DNA of 64,000 nucleotides from Alphaproteobacteria bacterium (GTDB lineage Bacteria; Pseudomonadota; Alphaproteobacteria; UBA9219): NCBI GenBank assembly GCA_028690155.1, contig JAQVBU010000002.1, positions 21,282 to 85,281 of the forward strand, read 5' to 3'. Shown piece by piece: positions 61,452 to 64,000 of this stretch (position 1 is its first letter; each line of letters starts with the position of its first letter). The notes under the pieces were generated by a model. It saw only the letters and a program-made list of their open reading frames with translations, ran no database searches and was not told where the DNA came from. The position numbers and the translations under genes were made by a program.

Positions 61452-62156
61452 ACCGGCGAAAACATCGCCTGAGTGGATTTTCTCCTTCTCGCCTTTATCC
61501 GTTTTCAGGCAAAGGGCGCCATCGTCTTCCAAACCCTCGAACGTTCCGGAAACATTGCGGCCGTCCGGAAGTCGAACGCGCAAGGGCCCCCGATAAGCCG
61601 AAACCTCCCACGCCTTACGAATAGGCGCAAACCCTTCCGCATTCATTCGTGCGTACCATGTATCAAGGTGCGACAAAACGGTCGGCAGAAGATTATCGAA
61701 CGGAGGCAAGGCCTCATGTTCTTCGGCCAAGCTCGTCACGTCGCACCTTGACATATCGGGGGTCATAAGAACATTCAAACCGATGCCCGCCACCAGTCCT
61801 TGATCGACGGCTTCGAGCAAAATGCCGGAAATCTTCTTCTCGTGCACCAAAACGTCGTTTGGCCATTTCAGTTCGACGCTTGCCTGAGGAAGAAAACTTT
61901 TCACCGCGTCGCCAACCGCAACGGCCAAAACAAAACTGTACGTTCCCCACATCTGCCGCGGCATCGAAGGCTTTAACAGAACGGAAAAATAAAGATTTCC
62001 AGCGGGCGACATCCACGGACGCCCCATCCGCCCACGACCGAGTTTTTGCTGCATAGCCAAAACGACATACCCCTCAGGGGCGCCGTTTTTGGCGGCACGC
62101 ACAACATCGTCATTTGTGCTTGTCGTAACGTCAACGCGATGGATCTCAAAGTTCAT
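61446..62156 (-). CDS. birA: Biotin--[acetyl-CoA-carboxylase] ligase BirA (no N-terminal HTH)
   Basis: [24 protein letters not shown], the BPL catalytic motif. Overlaps the 3' end of panB in convergent orientation. Confidence 0.85.
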
Positions 62157-62211
62157 AATGCCGCCACCGCCTCCTCGGAACGCACAAGGCCATACTTTAT
62201 CTTTTAGGCCC

Positions 62212-63675
62212 TTAAACGAATTCGTGCGCCACCTTCAACGTATAGTCAACCAAGGGAGCAGGCATAAAGGCAAAAGCGACCATGACCAGCGCCGCGCCGC
62301 CCAAGACCAAGCGCACGCCCCAATCGGTCATCGGATCAATCCGTATCAACGGCTCATCGAAATACATAATTTTGACGATCCGCAAATAGTAGTAGGCGGA
62401 AACGACGCTGGACAACATGCCAATGACGGCCAAAAAGACAAGGCCGTGATGAACGGCGGCCAAAAAGATGAAATATTTTCCAAAGAATCCCGCTAACGGC
62501 GGTATTCCCGCCAAGGAAAACATCAACACAGCCATACCCAAAGCTAAAAGCGGATTCGTCCTCGACAAACCGGCGAGATCCGATAGGGACTCGACCTCTT
62601 TTCCTTTACGGCGCAAGCACAGAACGACGGCAAAAGCGCCGAGTATATTAAGCGCATAAATGGAGAAATAAATAAAGAGAGCCTGCACGCCGTCAATGCC
62701 GCCAGCCAAAACTCCGACGAGAAGGAAGCCCACGTTCGCGATCGCGCTGTAGGCGAGAAGGCGTTTGAGGTTAAATTGAACGAGCCCCGCAAACGCGCCC
62801 CAAAGCATGGAGGCCACAGCAATGAACAAAACGGCCTGATGCCAATAAACGGACGCCCCTGCGAAAGGACCGAGCAAAAGCCGAACCAACAAAGCCAACG
62901 CCGCGAGTTTTGGAGCCGACGCAAAAAAGGCCGTGACAGGAGTCGGCGCGCCCTCATAAACATCCGGAGCCCACATATGAAAAGGAACGCCGGAAAGCTT
63001 GAACGCCACGGCCGCACAAACGAAGACAAGACCGACAACGACGCCGGGATGAACGGTCGAACCGCTCTGAAAAAGATTCGCCAAGACGTCAAAATTCGTC
63101 GTTCCCGAAAAACCGTAGATCAAGGAAACGCCGTAAAGAAGAACCCCTGAAGACAACGCGCCTAAAATGAAATACTTAAGCCCCGCCTCGCTTGAACGCG
63201 CATCGTCACGCTTGAATGCCGCCAAGATGTAAAGCGAGAGACTTTGCAATTCAAGGCCCAGATAAAGGGATAAAAAATCGCCGGCCGAAATCATCGCCAT
63301 CATCCCAAGCGTGGCAAAAAGAACCAAAACGGGATATTCGGAACGGCTGGATCCCTCTTTTTCGAAATAATGCCAAGACAACAAAATAGAACAGGCCGAG
63401 GCGACCAAAACAATCACCTTGGAAAGACGCGCAAACGCATCATCCACGAACAAGCCGCCGAAGGCTTGCATAGGGAAAACGCCATTCAACAGCCCTTCGA
63501 GTCGACTGGAAGAAAACATGGTGATGGTCGCGAAGAAAAAACCGGCAAGAACGATGAAGCCGACCGACCGAGCAACGCGATTTCCGCCCACAATCGCCAC
63601 CAGAAAAGCGAAAAGCCCCATCAAAGCCAAAACGAGCTCGGGCCGCACCACATAAAGGAAGGAAGCGGAAATCAT
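62212..63675 (-). CDS. nuoN: NADH-quinone oxidoreductase subunit N
   Basis: 487-aa polytopic membrane protein with the NuoN/ND2 pattern. Confidence 0.88.
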   Translation of the reverse strand: MISASFLYVVRPELVLALMGLFAFLVAIVGGNRVARSVGFIVLAGFFFATITMFSSSRLEGLLNGVFPMQAFGGLFVDDAFARLSKVIVLVASACSILLSWHYFEKEGSSRSEYPVLVLFATLGMMAMISAGDFLSLYLGLELQSLSLYILAAFKRDDARSSEAGLKYFILGALSSGVLLYGVSLIYGFSGTTNFDVLANLFQSGSTVHPGVVVGLVFVCAAVAFKLSGVPFHMWAPDVYEGAPTPVTAFFASAPKLAALALLVRLLLGPFAGASVYWHQAVLFIAVASMLWGAFAGLVQFNLKRLLAYSAIANVGFLLVGVLAGGIDGVQALFIYFSIYALNILGAFAVVLCLRRKGKEVESLSDLAGLSRTNPLLALGMAVLMFSLAGIPPLAGFFGKYFIFLAAVHHGLVFLAVIGMLSSVVSAYYYLRIVKIMYFDEPLIRIDPMTDWGVRLVLGGAALVMVAFAFMPAPLVDYTLKVAHEFV

Positions 63676-64000
63676 AGCCTCACCTCATGGACTTTATTTT
63701 GAACGACGGTCAACACTTTATCGAGCGTCGGCTCATAGACATTCTTAAACGAAGCCGGATAAATTCCCATCCACAAGACCAAAACGAGCAAGGGAGCGAA
63801 AACCAGCATCTCGCGTTTTGTCAAATCCGGCATGGCCCGCACGTCGTCCTTACTCAAAGGACCGAAGAAAAGGCGCCGATAAAGCCAAAGCATATAGGCC
63901 GCACTCAAGATCATACCGAACGCCGCAACGAACGCATACCAACTGTTGGCCTCAAAAGCGCCCTGCATCGTCAAAAACTCGCCGACAAAGCCGGACGTTC
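63672..64000 (-). CDS. nuoM: NADH-quinone oxidoreductase subunit M (C-terminal part; the N-terminus lies beyond the window end)
   Basis: C-terminal NuoM/ND4 sequence ...AYMLWLYRRLFFGP...; its stop overlaps the nuoN start. Confidence 0.75.
   Translation of the reverse strand, partial: TSGFVGEFLTMQGAFEANSWYAFVAAFGMILSAAYMLWLYRRLFFGPLSKDDVRAMPDLTKREMLVFAPLLVLVLWMGIYPASFKNVYEPTLDKVLTVVQNKVHEVRL

Noticed and set aside
62544-63150. 182-aa minus ORF and 124-aa plus ORF inside nuoN
   Set aside because: Alternative frames of a polytopic membrane protein gene.

Overview
The window reads as an ordinary chromosomal stretch of a GC-rich alphaproteobacterium, with about 60 protein genes and one tRNA. The identifiable backbone includes nadA-nadB-nadC, ftsQ-ftsA, trmFO, hscB, tRNA-Trp-secE-nusG, degP, lysC, ubiG, a PAS sensor kinase and tsaE, fabD, hldE, ftsB, eno, lgt, purC, a cheA/W/Y/B/R operon, a NAD kinase, an hpnA-like epimerase, pyrG, secG, grxD, a bolA-like gene, purL, panB, birA, and nuoN with a partial nuoM. 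I found no CRISPR array, transposase, integrase or rRNA. The part worth most attention is a single 1564-aa ORF at 19683..24377, directly after nusG and a strong terminator, where rplK-rplA would normally be. Its N-terminus carries an M48-like zinc-protease motif (HELGHD followed by EEFLADRLG), and its C-terminus looks like an ABC1/UbiB-type atypical kinase domain whose VAIK lysine appears substituted; it also looks AT-richer than its flanks, which suggests horizontal acquisition. Other items worth a second look are a tandem pair of paralogous CbbX/SpoVK-type AAA+ ATPases sharing an uncharacterised N-terminal domain, a cell-division cluster tail in which ftsA is followed by glycosyltransferases, mgtC and a truncated prepilin-peptidase fragment rather than ftsZ, a PsiF-repeat gene split across two frames at a 21-bp tandem repeat, a che operon headed by a ChpT-like phosphotransferase feeding a CheA-receiver hybrid, and an HD-GYP sensor paired with a transglutaminase-like cysteine peptidase. 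Everything below rests on reading the translations and sequence by eye; no database searches or computations were run.
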